Positions 1 to 8,863 of a stretch of 30,708 bases of DNA are shown here, one piece after another. The notes beneath the pieces are model-generated. The model was given only the letters and a program-made list of their open reading frames with translations. It did no database searches and was not told where the DNA came from. Every line of letters starts with the position of its first letter. Position 1 is the first letter of the stretch. This DNA comes from Methanocella sp. (GTDB lineage Archaea; Thermoproteota; Bathyarchaeia; Bathyarchaeales; Bathycorpusculaceae): contig JBLNCY010000009.1 of assembly GCA_050261115.1 (NCBI GenBank), forward strand, positions 1 to 30,708, written 5' to 3'. Made by a program: the position numbers and the translations under genes.

Positions 1-1
1 G

Positions 2-292
2 ATGACGGCGTTCACGATTTTCACATCTGACTTCCTTTGGGCTGCACTTTTAGGACCCATTGTACTACTACTCAGCTATGGCTTCTTCAGCAAACGCCAT
101 TTGCTCTACAACGACTTGTTAAATCTTCAACCACGTGAAAATTGGAATCGAACGAAAAGTTTAGCTATAGCAATCTCTGCCGTTAGCACTGTATTATGCT
201 TTGGGATTACAATGCTCTTCAATGTAGATGTATGGCTGATTCTACCCTTCATAATTGTGAGTGTTGCTTCGGTAGCATTAGCCTGTAGATAA
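2..292 (+). CDS. membrane protein, probably the C-terminal part of a gene truncated by the window edge
   Basis: Three hydrophobic segments. The ORF runs from the window edge and converges on cas4, followed by T-rich tracts. Confidence 0.55.
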   Translation: MTAFTIFTSDFLWAALLGPIVLLLSYGFFSKRHLLYNDLLNLQPRENWNRTKSLAIAISAVSTVLCFGITMLFNVDVWLILPFIIVSVASVALACR

Positions 293-349
293 AAGCCTGG
301 GAGCACAGTCTTCTTTTATTACAAATCAATGTTTTTTAATGTATCTTGC

Positions 350-919
350 TTAGGGACAAATCTTTCTATAACAACAGTTTAGGCATCGGTTATCATGTTT
401 TGAGAAGGGCATATTGCCGGTCTTTATTGTATTACTTGTTTTTTGGAGCATCAAAAGCGCGTCTTGCTTGACTTTCTTGGTAATATTAACTTTTACTTCC
501 ACTCGTTCCTTTTTGTCAAAAACTACGATAGCCTGATTGACACTTTTACCAGAGTTTTCCTCTGCAAGAACAGCCAGTAAACCCAACTGCGTTTTTAAGG
601 TTGAACCTATAAAAATATAATCCGAATACTTGCGCTCTATAATCATAACCTGATTATCTGTTTCTATAGCTTCATCAATTTTTCCAGAAAACAAATGTTT
701 TTTTGAGTAAAGCAGAAGCTCAGTTCGTTTGACACCATCCAGTCGCTTTATCTTGTAGCTTTTGTTAGTGGTTGAATGCCGACTGTGGTAAGCACGACCA
801 GATTGGACAGTACCGCGTTTGCCCTCTCTTTGTTCGATTCCTAAAACCAATTGAAAGTAGGTAAATCTTGGGCAGAAGGCATGCTCCACCGCGTTTGTTA
901 CAGTGAGGTAGTTGCTCAA
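350..919 (-). CDS. cas4: CRISPR-associated exonuclease Cas4
   Basis: N-terminal FCPR, RecB-like D..ExK (KIDEAIE...IIERKY), C-terminal Cys cluster RCLNCCYRKICP. Overlaps the cas2 stop. Confidence 0.93.
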   Translation of the reverse strand: MSNYLTVTNAVEHAFCPRFTYFQLVLGIEQREGKRGTVQSGRAYHSRHSTTNKSYKIKRLDGVKRTELLLYSKKHLFSGKIDEAIETDNQVMIIERKYSDYIFIGSTLKTQLGLLAVLAEENSGKSVNQAIVVFDKKERVEVKVNITKKVKQDALLMLQKTSNTIKTGNMPFSKHDNRCLNCCYRKICP

Positions 920-1212
920 AGAACCATACTCTCCAAATCATTAGCGACATATTCCTTGTCAAATCCGCGACCAATAATTGTGACTTTCCCAAAGCATTTC
1001 TGGCACGCTAAAATCAGATATACAGATTCATTTTCCCCAGTAATCCGTTTAAGATTTTCTATAAGGTCTTTTTTCTGCTGAGTAGATAGAGACCCGCAGA
1101 AAACACTTTTCTGTATACGAACAAAACCCACATCTTTGAGCGCTTGAATAGTATGCGTTCTGGTTTTATTATCAGAAATATCATAAACAGCATAAAACAT
1201 AGACTTCTTCAA
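916..1212 (-). CDS. cas2: CRISPR-associated endoribonuclease Cas2
   Basis: VYDISDNKTR and RIQKSVF motifs, 98 aa, directly after cas1. Confidence 0.96.
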   Translation of the reverse strand: MKKSMFYAVYDISDNKTRTHTIQALKDVGFVRIQKSVFCGSLSTQQKKDLIENLKRITGENESVYLILACQKCFGKVTIIGRGFDKEYVANDLESMVL

Positions 1213-1216
1213 GGCC

Positions 1217-2170
1217 TTAACCCTCCTCTAAAAAAGTAGCGATTATTTTTCTGCAGTACAACCAACTTTCTTTCTCTATAGCATCAGATTCATCTTGCAT
1301 GTAGGCCGTAATGACGGCCTTTCGTCCCTCCTTAGATAGGAAGACACCTAAGGGCATATCCTCTGAAGACGTAAACCAAGAGTCCTTAACATATTTTTTT
1401 GTAAACAGCTTCACTGCAATACGATCAACTTTAGCCCTAAACAGCTCTACTATATCGAAAACCAAAGTCGGTTTACCATAAGAGTCAGCGTGATATATCC
1501 CTGCATTCGGGTCTAAGCCACTTAGAATAACAACCTTCTCTACACTCGAATAGGTAAGACCGTAGACATAATTAAGAACCGCATTAAATTTATCTCGCGC
1601 AGGCTGCCGACTTCGTTCTTTGAACGCATACTTCTTAGGTAGAACAGAGGAGATAGCGGAGAAATACTCGGCAGCTGCGAACCCTTCAATTCCCAAAAGA
1701 GTCTGCTTAAAAGAAAGCGAGTAATCCAGGCTGTTTACGCTATGTAATGATTTAGTCAGTGCTTTAATGGCGTTGCTTGTTGTTTCGTTTGGAACTTTGC
1801 GGTTACTTTTGAGATCAACAAGAAGTTTCCTTTGTGCTCTGAGTTTGCATGTAACTATATCTTTGGAAATCTTAAACGCCAAACGGGTATCTTGGTGCAG
1901 ATACTGACTCCGCCTAATTTCTGTTGCCCTGCCCGGAGTACTTACCCAAAATCTTCCAAACGGTTTGCCAGACCAATTAGCCAACACCAGCTGAATGTTC
2001 TTTTCTAAGCATAAAGCAGCTGCCTGAGTGCTAATCAGCGCATTAGCGGTTACTATAACAGCATCAACTTTCTCAGCAGGAATCTCTGTCTTCCCAGCAG
2101 GTGTTTGTACAATGAAGCATTCATGATCTCTTTTTAACACACTACCATGATCACTTATCTCAACTATCAT
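1217..2170 (-). CDS. cas1: CRISPR-associated endonuclease Cas1
   Basis: LLGIEGFAAAEYF, RSRQPARDKFNAVLNYVY, GLDPNAGIYH and LVFDIVELFR carry the Cas1 E/H/D catalytic motifs. Confidence 0.96.
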   Translation of the reverse strand: MIVEISDHGSVLKRDHECFIVQTPAGKTEIPAEKVDAVIVTANALISTQAAALCLEKNIQLVLANWSGKPFGRFWVSTPGRATEIRRSQYLHQDTRLAFKISKDIVTCKLRAQRKLLVDLKSNRKVPNETTSNAIKALTKSLHSVNSLDYSLSFKQTLLGIEGFAAAEYFSAISSVLPKKYAFKERSRQPARDKFNAVLNYVYGLTYSSVEKVVILSGLDPNAGIYHADSYGKPTLVFDIVELFRAKVDRIAVKLFTKKYVKDSWFTSSEDMPLGVFLSKEGRKAVITAYMQDESDAIEKESWLYCRKIIATFLEEG

Positions 2171-2862
2171 AACGCTCGCCTAATAGTACCAAATCCTTTT
2201 GACACACTTTTCCCCAAACCCAAAAAGTCAGGCAGGTCAACGTTTAAGAAGAAACGTGCTGAGAACGCTTCGAAAAGGTTTCCGTGGGCTCTCACGGGGT
2301 AGGAACGGAACGAAACCAAGTAGGATTCAATCCGGTAGTCTACAAAGATGCCTAAGCCTTTTAGGCAGCTGAGTGTGTTGCCGACTAAGATTTTTTCCAA
2401 AAAAGCCTTCTGCTTCTCTTGATCCAAATCCTTAAAGATAGAGTAGTTGACCTCGTTAAGCGGAAGCCAAGGCGTCACAAAATCATAACAACAAGAAACG
2501 TTACGTACCTGCCAGGTCGTCAGCTCCATTTCTTGGCTGTCCACCCTAAGACTTCCACGCCTAGTAGAAATACTATCTACAATCGGCAGCTTATTCATCA
2601 AGACCGTAGCATAGTCCTGAAGCCCAAGCACTATCAAGTCGCCTCTAACCCGCTTGTACTGAACCAGCGGATAATGATAAGAGCGCTCCGCATGATGGTG
2701 GAATTCAGCGTTATCAACAAAGAGGCTACCAAGAAAACCCCTCAGCTTAACTGACGAAATATATCTGCGATCCTCATCTGAAACGTTAAGCTTAACCCGG
2801 CACATCTTAATCAAAGCATTATCCTGCCGATCTGCCGTTGCACTCAGCACTTTTTCACCCAC
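2167..2862 (-). CDS. cas6: CRISPR-associated endoribonuclease Cas6 (Cas6b type). The true start may be slightly downstream.
   Basis: KLRGF, H..YHYPLVQYK, FVTPWLPLN, ILVGNTLS and the C-terminal G-loop GLGKSVSKGFG. Confidence 0.92.
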   Translation of the reverse strand: MGEKVLSATADRQDNALIKMCRVKLNVSDEDRRYISSVKLRGFLGSLFVDNAEFHHHAERSYHYPLVQYKRVRGDLIVLGLQDYATVLMNKLPIVDSISTRRGSLRVDSQEMELTTWQVRNVSCCYDFVTPWLPLNEVNYSIFKDLDQEKQKAFLEKILVGNTLSCLKGLGIFVDYRIESYLVSFRSYPVRAHGNLFEAFSARFFLNVDLPDFLGLGKSVSKGFGTIRRAL

Positions 2863-5096
2863 TTATCCAAGCCCACCTTAGAATCATATACTACACTAAG
2901 ACACTCCCGTTTAGGCATAAGCACGCCCTTATCAAGCAGCTCCTCATCAACTAAAGACTCCAAATCGCCGATTTGCCCAAGGGCACATGGCAGTTGAGCC
3001 ATAAACTCAGCATACTGCCTATAGAGCTTACGTTTACCACCATCTGAACCTAAAGACAAAAACCTGCATTTAACTTCATCCCAATCCTCAGGGTCTGGCA
3101 CAAGAATCGAATCTCCCAACTCAGTAGGCAAAGCATGCTTCTGCACGAAAGCCCAGACGTCATCAAAATTCAGCCGCTTCATCTTTTCATCTAGCTCTTC
3201 AGCCAATTTCTTGTTCCGCAAGTTCTCAGCGGAAACCTTCGCATAATACGCAGGTAACGCCCTATAGAGATCAATAGAAGAGTTAAACCGCGGAATCAAA
3301 TCCAGCGATTCATCAAACTCAAGCTTACTGTAGGGCAAATGGTCGCCGTCAACACGGAAAACAGTAAGCAAAGGATCGCTCCGTTCCCCCTCACGGTTAA
3401 GACGCCCCATAGCCTGCACAATGCTATCTAACGGCGCTACCTCACGGTACATGCGACCAAAACTCACATCCACACCCGCTTCTAAAACCTGCGTAGAAAC
3501 AACCATCGCCGGCTCCTTTCCACGCAACCGTTCTTGGATAATCTTACGCCGGTCACATTTCCGTATACCACTCGACAAGTAAAGCACATCAGGCCTAACA
3601 GGCGACAATTTCTCAAGGAAAGCCAAAGCCTTACGACGGGTATTAAGCATAAACAAAGTGTGACCATCACAGCCAGCAAGCTCTGCCTCGTTTTCGGGGT
3701 CTAACGCAGCCTTGTATTCAATACGTTTAGCAGTCCTCTGCAGATAACGATCTACAGTCTCTGTCGGAGTCCCCAACTTGGGTAACCCCTGCAATTCACT
3801 AGGTATGGTAGCACTGACCAAAAGCACCTTCGAATTATACCGCTCAGAAAGCACCTTAAGTAAAGACACGAGGTTCTGAAGAATCACTTTAGGAATCGTC
3901 TGGACCTCATCGATTATCAGGAAGGAATTTTTGAAAGATACAAACTTTTCCTTATCAGAGACCTGATTCGAGTAGAGCACCATTAGCAGTCTCTGGGTTG
4001 TGGTAACGATTAGCGGTTTGTTAAATGACTCGCGCTCAAAATACTCCTGTGTCTTAAAAAATTCGGGGCCTTCGTCGTTCACATCAAAAAAAGAATCCCT
4101 TGCAAGCCGCTTTTTAAGCAAGCTACCAGTAAAGGCATGATTATAAACCAAAACTTGCTCTGCATCAGCTTGACTAAGAACAGACACATCTTTCTCAGTC
4201 CCGAACAGTTTACTCTCAAAATCATCGGTTAAAGCCAACAACGGGGAAAAATAAAACACCCGCTCAAAACTCTGCCCACCCGAAACCTTCCGAACGATAT
4301 CTAGGAAAATTTTCGTTTTACCTATACCAGTGGGTGCCTCAAGAATTTCCAGATTATCTCCAAGCGTGTTTCCATTAAGGACACACTCTTGAAAGCTCAT
4401 ACGGAGATCAGAAAGAGGAGAACTTTTTCTTACAAGCACATCCGTGTTCAGCATAATGTTAAAAGAAGGCGGCTGCCAATTATCAAAGAAGCTTCCTCGA
4501 TCAGCCTGGATAAGCGCAGAGAAAACTGAAGAAAAATCCAAGAATTCTGAAACAAAGTCGCCATCTGAGAAGTAGTCCTCCTCATTCCGAGGTGTGATTA
4601 AGAATTTCCTTAGGCATTTTTCCCAAGCTAATCCTTTGAATGCCTCGTTTTCCCTTACAGTTTGCACGAAAAGTTCCAAGTTTCTATAAGTCCCATGGAG
4701 GCTTTTCTCAAACCGCGCCCTGTCATGGTCAATGTACTCTAAGCTTTTGGTAAACTGAGAAAGCTTCGAATGATGACCCGCCACTGCAAAAAGCGTCTGC
4801 ATCTGAGCAGCGCTTTCCACCAAAACGGCCGCATTAAGCAGCCTATATGCCGCTAAAGCCGAAAAAATGGAATGCGCCTTAATGTATTCCTCATTGGTAG
4901 CTCCACTAGAGAAGAAAATCTGATAATATGGATTTAGCTTACCAACATCGTGCAGTAATCCTGCGTAATATGCAGCTTCCCCTACACCTATGCTGGCAGC
5001 GATCTCTCGCGCTCGATTAGCCGTCCTAAGAGAGTGCTCAAGCAACCCCGAATTGTTACTGCCCACACTAATCGGACGAGCTAAGAAACGATCCAT
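2844..5096 (-). CDS. cas3: CRISPR-associated helicase/nuclease Cas3 with fused N-terminal HD domain
   Basis: LLEHS...LHDVGK (HD), APTGIGKT (Walker A), DEVQ, SAT, QVLEAGVD, QAMGRLNR. Start placed at ATG 5096 behind AGGGGG. The ORF track extends it to 5141. Confidence 0.95.
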   Translation of the reverse strand: MDRFLARPISVGSNNSGLLEHSLRTANRAREIAASIGVGEAAYYAGLLHDVGKLNPYYQIFFSSGATNEEYIKAHSIFSALAAYRLLNAAVLVESAAQMQTLFAVAGHHSKLSQFTKSLEYIDHDRARFEKSLHGTYRNLELFVQTVRENEAFKGLAWEKCLRKFLITPRNEEDYFSDGDFVSEFLDFSSVFSALIQADRGSFFDNWQPPSFNIMLNTDVLVRKSSPLSDLRMSFQECVLNGNTLGDNLEILEAPTGIGKTKIFLDIVRKVSGGQSFERVFYFSPLLALTDDFESKLFGTEKDVSVLSQADAEQVLVYNHAFTGSLLKKRLARDSFFDVNDEGPEFFKTQEYFERESFNKPLIVTTTQRLLMVLYSNQVSDKEKFVSFKNSFLIIDEVQTIPKVILQNLVSLLKVLSERYNSKVLLVSATIPSELQGLPKLGTPTETVDRYLQRTAKRIEYKAALDPENEAELAGCDGHTLFMLNTRRKALAFLEKLSPVRPDVLYLSSGIRKCDRRKIIQERLRGKEPAMVVSTQVLEAGVDVSFGRMYREVAPLDSIVQAMGRLNREGERSDPLLTVFRVDGDHLPYSKLEFDESLDLIPRFNSSIDLYRALPAYYAKVSAENLRNKKLAEELDEKMKRLNFDDVWAFVQKHALPTELGDSILVPDPEDWDEVKCRFLSLGSDGGKRKLYRQYAEFMAQLPCALGQIGDLESLVDEELLDKGVLMPKRECLSVVYDSKVGLDKWVKKC

Positions 5097-5106
5097 CTGA
5101 TTCCCC

Positions 5107-5871
5107 CTAGAAAAGGCACAAAGCTTGGTCGGAACCTTCAACAGAATAAAACTTAGCCAAAGACAACGCCGAAGTATATTTACTGATTTCTATAACCGAG
5201 CTTTTATCGTTCTCAGGCACAGGGATATAGAAGCGCAGTACTGAACCTTTCAAGGATTCGCCAGAGTAATAATGGTGTAGGTGCCGTTCCACGATTACCT
5301 TGGTGGATGAATCAGAAAAACCGAATTTTACGCCCGAGTTTCTACTTTTTGATTCCATAAGCTCGTCTAAAAGCACGCAAGAGGTACTTACCTCTTCAGG
5401 GTCAACCTCTTTAGCGTTGTAGAGTTCCTCAAACCGTGGAATCATTGCAGGACAATACGCATGTCCAAGCATCGGCGAAAAAACAAACCGATTATCCGCA
5501 AGTCTCTCAAGTAAAGCCCTGTTTACTTCGTCAGTGGATTTTACATACACCGTGTACTTAGGATTAGCCAGCAGTTCAGTTTTGTATGGCTTAGTTTTGG
5601 CTTCTTTGAGTGAACGGTGATTTGTAAAAAAGGTACATTTTACCGCTGGGCTTCGAACTTTAATGCCCACAGCAGTTTTCCGTAGCAGGTCAAGATAGTC
5701 TTCACTGAATAAGCAGTCAAACGAGTGAGATCGTTTTACGCCAAGTAGAGCACCTAGGAGACCTATCAGAGCACTCTTGGATGGTATGACCGTTACAGTT
5801 TGATTTGTTGTTACCGAAGGGTCTCTGAAAGCTGCATAGTCTCCTTCCAAATCGAAGGAGACGATACTCAA
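5107..5871 (-). CDS. cas5: CRISPR-associated protein Cas5 (type I-B)
   Basis: N-terminal FDLEGDYAAFRDP...IPSKSALIGLLGALLG, plus the G-loop PMLGHAYC. Confidence 0.93.
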   Translation of the reverse strand: MSIVSFDLEGDYAAFRDPSVTTNQTVTVIPSKSALIGLLGALLGVKRSHSFDCLFSEDYLDLLRKTAVGIKVRSPAVKCTFFTNHRSLKEAKTKPYKTELLANPKYTVYVKSTDEVNRALLERLADNRFVFSPMLGHAYCPAMIPRFEELYNAKEVDPEEVSTSCVLLDELMESKSRNSGVKFGFSDSSTKVIVERHLHHYYSGESLKGSVLRFYIPVPENDKSSVIEISKYTSALSLAKFYSVEGSDQALCLF

Positions 5872-6872
5872 CTAGCTGTCGCCCCTTTAGGCTCTTCAGT
5901 TGGGACTAGTTCAACTGATATTCCAAGGGCTTCTATGCCAGCTTTGAGTTGCTGCGTATCATTGAGCAGTTCTCTGCAGGATGCCAACCGCACTTTTACA
6001 ACTTTAGCCTTGCGGTTCTTTAAGGCTTCAAGCAACTTGCCGAACTTTAGCGGCGAAGGCGTTAAACCGCTAGCTCTGCCTTTAAGCGCTGGATCCTCTT
6101 CAACCAAAACAGGCAGGTCATTGTAAATCGCTGAGTCATAGGTTACCTCGAAGAGGAATATGCTCCTCTGCGGAAACTTGGAGCGACTGATCAACGCATT
6201 TGTTCCTTCCCAAAGGCAAGAAAACAGTTTGCTCTCGGCCTTCTTGAAGCTCTCCACAACTTCGGGGTCTTCTAGGTATTCCCCTAGGTTAGCAGGGTTC
6301 ACAGCACCCTGTATCTTAATTAAAGCGTAATCCACTGCATAGAATTTGCCAAAGGTGCTAAACTGCTCCTGCTTTTCACCATCTGAAGAATCACTCTTTT
6401 TCTCCTTACCCACGAATCTGCCGGTGATCATAGGATTCAAGACTTGTACCTGGTTAACGCTCCTACCTATAGCGAATTGCACTGGACCAGTTAACTTCTG
6501 GGAGCTTCCCCGCTCTGCTCTAATAGTAACTAGTCCCCCAAACAATGGGACATCAAAAGTCTTTACAGCTAAACCCTTAATGGCGTCTCCTAGGTTGCCG
6601 CCAAGGATTTCTTTAGCTCTATCATCGGCCTTAACGGGTGTACCTTCATCGCCAAAATCAACAAACAAGATTTCGCCATACTTGCTTTTTGCATAATCAC
6701 GGATTGTCCGTTTAATGCGCACGTCGGTGACCATTATTCTCCCGTCTGGCAGCAGGCGAGGTTGATTTTCAAAGCCTGGGTCGCCATTAGGGTTTTGGCG
6801 CGATTCATAGTAGAAGAGTAATTCTTTTTTGAGGTTTTTTAATTCAGGTTGGTTTGCAGTCATGTTTGTCAC
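5868..6872 (-). CDS. cas7: CRISPR-associated backbone protein Cas7 (Csh2/Cas7b)
   Basis: NPNGDP...PR...VTDVRIKRTIRDY, DVPLFGG and TGPVQF motifs typical of the Csh2/Csd2 family. Confidence 0.94.
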   Translation of the reverse strand: MTNMTANQPELKNLKKELLFYYESRQNPNGDPGFENQPRLLPDGRIMVTDVRIKRTIRDYAKSKYGEILFVDFGDEGTPVKADDRAKEILGGNLGDAIKGLAVKTFDVPLFGGLVTIRAERGSSQKLTGPVQFAIGRSVNQVQVLNPMITGRFVGKEKKSDSSDGEKQEQFSTFGKFYAVDYALIKIQGAVNPANLGEYLEDPEVVESFKKAESKLFSCLWEGTNALISRSKFPQRSIFLFEVTYDSAIYNDLPVLVEEDPALKGRASGLTPSPLKFGKLLEALKNRKAKVVKVRLASCRELLNDTQQLKAGIEALGISVELVPTEEPKGATAS

Positions 6873-6873
6873 C

Positions 6874-7182
6874 TTAAGTCAGATTTTCAAATAAACCCTT
6901 GTAGAAAAAGTACGAATAGTCCTCATAAGCCTGGGCGTCATCTATTTCTTCTTTAGGCAAATCATCTTTTATCGATTGGACGAGAGGATCGGTATTGGCC
7001 TTAGAAAGCGAAATGCCCAAGCCAATCCGCTGGTAAACAAATCGAAGGTGTTCCCTGTCATACTTGGAATATGTTAAAATGTCATTTGTTGAATTGTTTG
7101 CCTCTTTATTTGCACGCTTAAATTTAACGTACTTGCCGGCGATTACGCCGATTTTGTATGCATATGCTTCATTTTTGTTCAT
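6874..7182 (-). CDS. cas11: putative Cas11 small subunit (102 aa) translated in frame from within cas8
   Basis: In-frame ATG at 7182 preceded by GAGGAG (7193-7188) 5 nt upstream. Matches the known internal Cas11 translation in types I-B, I-C and I-D. Confidence 0.7.
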   Translation of the reverse strand: MNKNEAYAYKIGVIAGKYVKFKRANKEANNSTNDILTYSKYDREHLRFVYQRIGLGISLSKANTDPLVQSIKDDLPKEEIDDAQAYEDYSYFFYKGLFENLT

Positions 7183-8586
7183 AACTACTCCTCGATCATG
7201 TTTTGTTAATAAATTCAGGCAAAAATGGGAGGTACTAAAGAAATCGTCGATTTCTTTTTTGAGCTGCTTGGTACTTTTTATCCAATTCCAAAGCTGAACC
7301 CGGAGGATTTGGGTATAACGTTGCACTAGACTGGAGCGGTCAAAATAGGTGCTGTTCATAAGGTACCTAATAGCCGAAATGTACTCCATCCAGATGATGT
7401 CCTTGTTATTTTTAATAATAAGCGATTCTAACGCCATAGGATGACTTGCCATTCCATCTTGGGCACGACTAAACATCTCTTTCATTTGGTCTAATGTTAA
7501 ATTATCATCCAAAAGCACTTCAAGTTTTGCCTGCGCTCGTTTAGTACATATGACCTTTAAAGCTGATTGATGGCTAACAGAAAGCCCAGAACGGCTTGAT
7601 AAAAGCCTATAATTGCTGAGCAGCTGATCATAGATGCCTCGACCTTTTGCCTCAAATTTAAGCGAAGGCTCACTTATGTCAAAGAAATACCACTCTAAAC
7701 CAGCTATTACAATAGCGTTATCGGTTGGCATAGAAACCTTTGGGAAAGACTCATTGCCTATACCCAAGTTTTGATAGAACTCTTTTCCAGTTTTACAGTT
7801 TATAGCAAAAGCTCTATCATCAAAAGAGACAAACTTGGCGTTTATGGTTGACCCTGAAGGGTAACATGTTGCAGAGTTCCCAAAGCAATCTTCAAAATCT
7901 TCACTTGAAGGATCGGTATCTTCTTGGTTTCTATACTCGACTTTCCCTTCAGATTGAATCGATATCGGCAAAAGTACTATGCGGAATGAAAAATTTTTTA
8001 ATTCCTTATGCTTTTCAAGGACGATTTTTCCTTTCCAAAACGAGCAAAAGGTTCTGCTAACTTCAAGAAACACTTTTGAGGATAAGCCGCCCTCAGGCGT
8101 TATTACACCGGATTCGCTATAGAGATCGAAGAGCACCTTGTTGTTGGCAAAATAGCTTTTATTATCTAGCCTTAGAAATAATAGCTTGCTTGGAGTTGAG
8201 GAAGATTCTTTGTCTTTTTCAATGTCATATGAGTATGAATATTCTTCTTTCTGCCCATTACTTTTGCCTGCTATAGAGATCTGTAGCCGACCATTTTTAT
8301 AGTAACCATAGAACTCTATGTACGGCTTTTTAGCGGCGGCTCCAGTTCCCCTGTAAGGTAAACCGACAGAGGAAAGGTTATTCGAAGGCATAGACAGAGA
8401 CTCCCGAATATGGGATTCACGAGCTGTCGGGGTTAGATTTTCTCCATAGTGTTCAAGCGTTTTTGAATCCAGTTGAACAGTAACGTCGTCATTATCAACT
8501 CTGACAAAGGCTTTCTTGATTGGAACAGGCTTAACGGCCTCAACGTCACTTGCCTTGTTTTTTAGATATAACTCGTAGGCTAGCAA
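6874..8586 (-). CDS. cas8b: divergent Cas8b-like large subunit
   Basis: First gene of the operon, upstream of cas7/cas5, 570 aa. Helical C-terminus (AYKIGVIAGKY...YSYFFYKG) resembles Cas8b/Cas11 tails. The call rests mainly on position. Confidence 0.75.
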   Translation of the reverse strand: MLAYELYLKNKASDVEAVKPVPIKKAFVRVDNDDVTVQLDSKTLEHYGENLTPTARESHIRESLSMPSNNLSSVGLPYRGTGAAAKKPYIEFYGYYKNGRLQISIAGKSNGQKEEYSYSYDIEKDKESSSTPSKLLFLRLDNKSYFANNKVLFDLYSESGVITPEGGLSSKVFLEVSRTFCSFWKGKIVLEKHKELKNFSFRIVLLPISIQSEGKVEYRNQEDTDPSSEDFEDCFGNSATCYPSGSTINAKFVSFDDRAFAINCKTGKEFYQNLGIGNESFPKVSMPTDNAIVIAGLEWYFFDISEPSLKFEAKGRGIYDQLLSNYRLLSSRSGLSVSHQSALKVICTKRAQAKLEVLLDDNLTLDQMKEMFSRAQDGMASHPMALESLIIKNNKDIIWMEYISAIRYLMNSTYFDRSSLVQRYTQILRVQLWNWIKSTKQLKKEIDDFFSTSHFCLNLLTKHDRGVVMNKNEAYAYKIGVIAGKYVKFKRANKEANNSTNDILTYSKYDREHLRFVYQRIGLGISLSKANTDPLVQSIKDDLPKEEIDDAQAYEDYSYFFYKGLFENLT

Positions 8587-8636
8587 GCGTGTTAACTCTC
8601 TCTTCCACTATTAGAAGAGCCATTATTTCTGCTTGG

Positions 8637-8655
8637 GTATTTAACTTTTTTTGAA
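8637..8655 (-). promoter_or_regulatory. probable BRE/TATA promoter of the cas operon
   Basis: Minus strand reads TTCAAAAAAAG-TTAAATA, about 50 bp upstream of the cas8 start. Confidence 0.55.
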
Positions 8656-8863
8656 CTCTACTGTTTTGAATTTGAAATCACAATTAAGTCCACGCCGCTA
8701 TCGCTTCTCCAGTTTAGCTCGTTTCTAGATGTATTCTTTAATTTCTTGTAAATACTTGGGTGTCTCCTAGAAGCTTGCCTGTTCCCCTGCACCGTCTTTC
8801 GCTAGCACGGCTACCCCTTGTGATAAAGGTGTGTATAGTGTACGCGACGATCAACTCTTCAGG

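Noticed and set aside
8587-8740. Partial matches of the duplicated spacer to the cas promoter region (TATTTCT, TTTCTAGAT, ACTCTCTCT), suggesting crRNA autoregulation
   Set aside because: Only 7-9 nt of AT-rich or low-complexity match, expected by chance. I found no degenerate mini-array (CreA-like) between the array and cas8.
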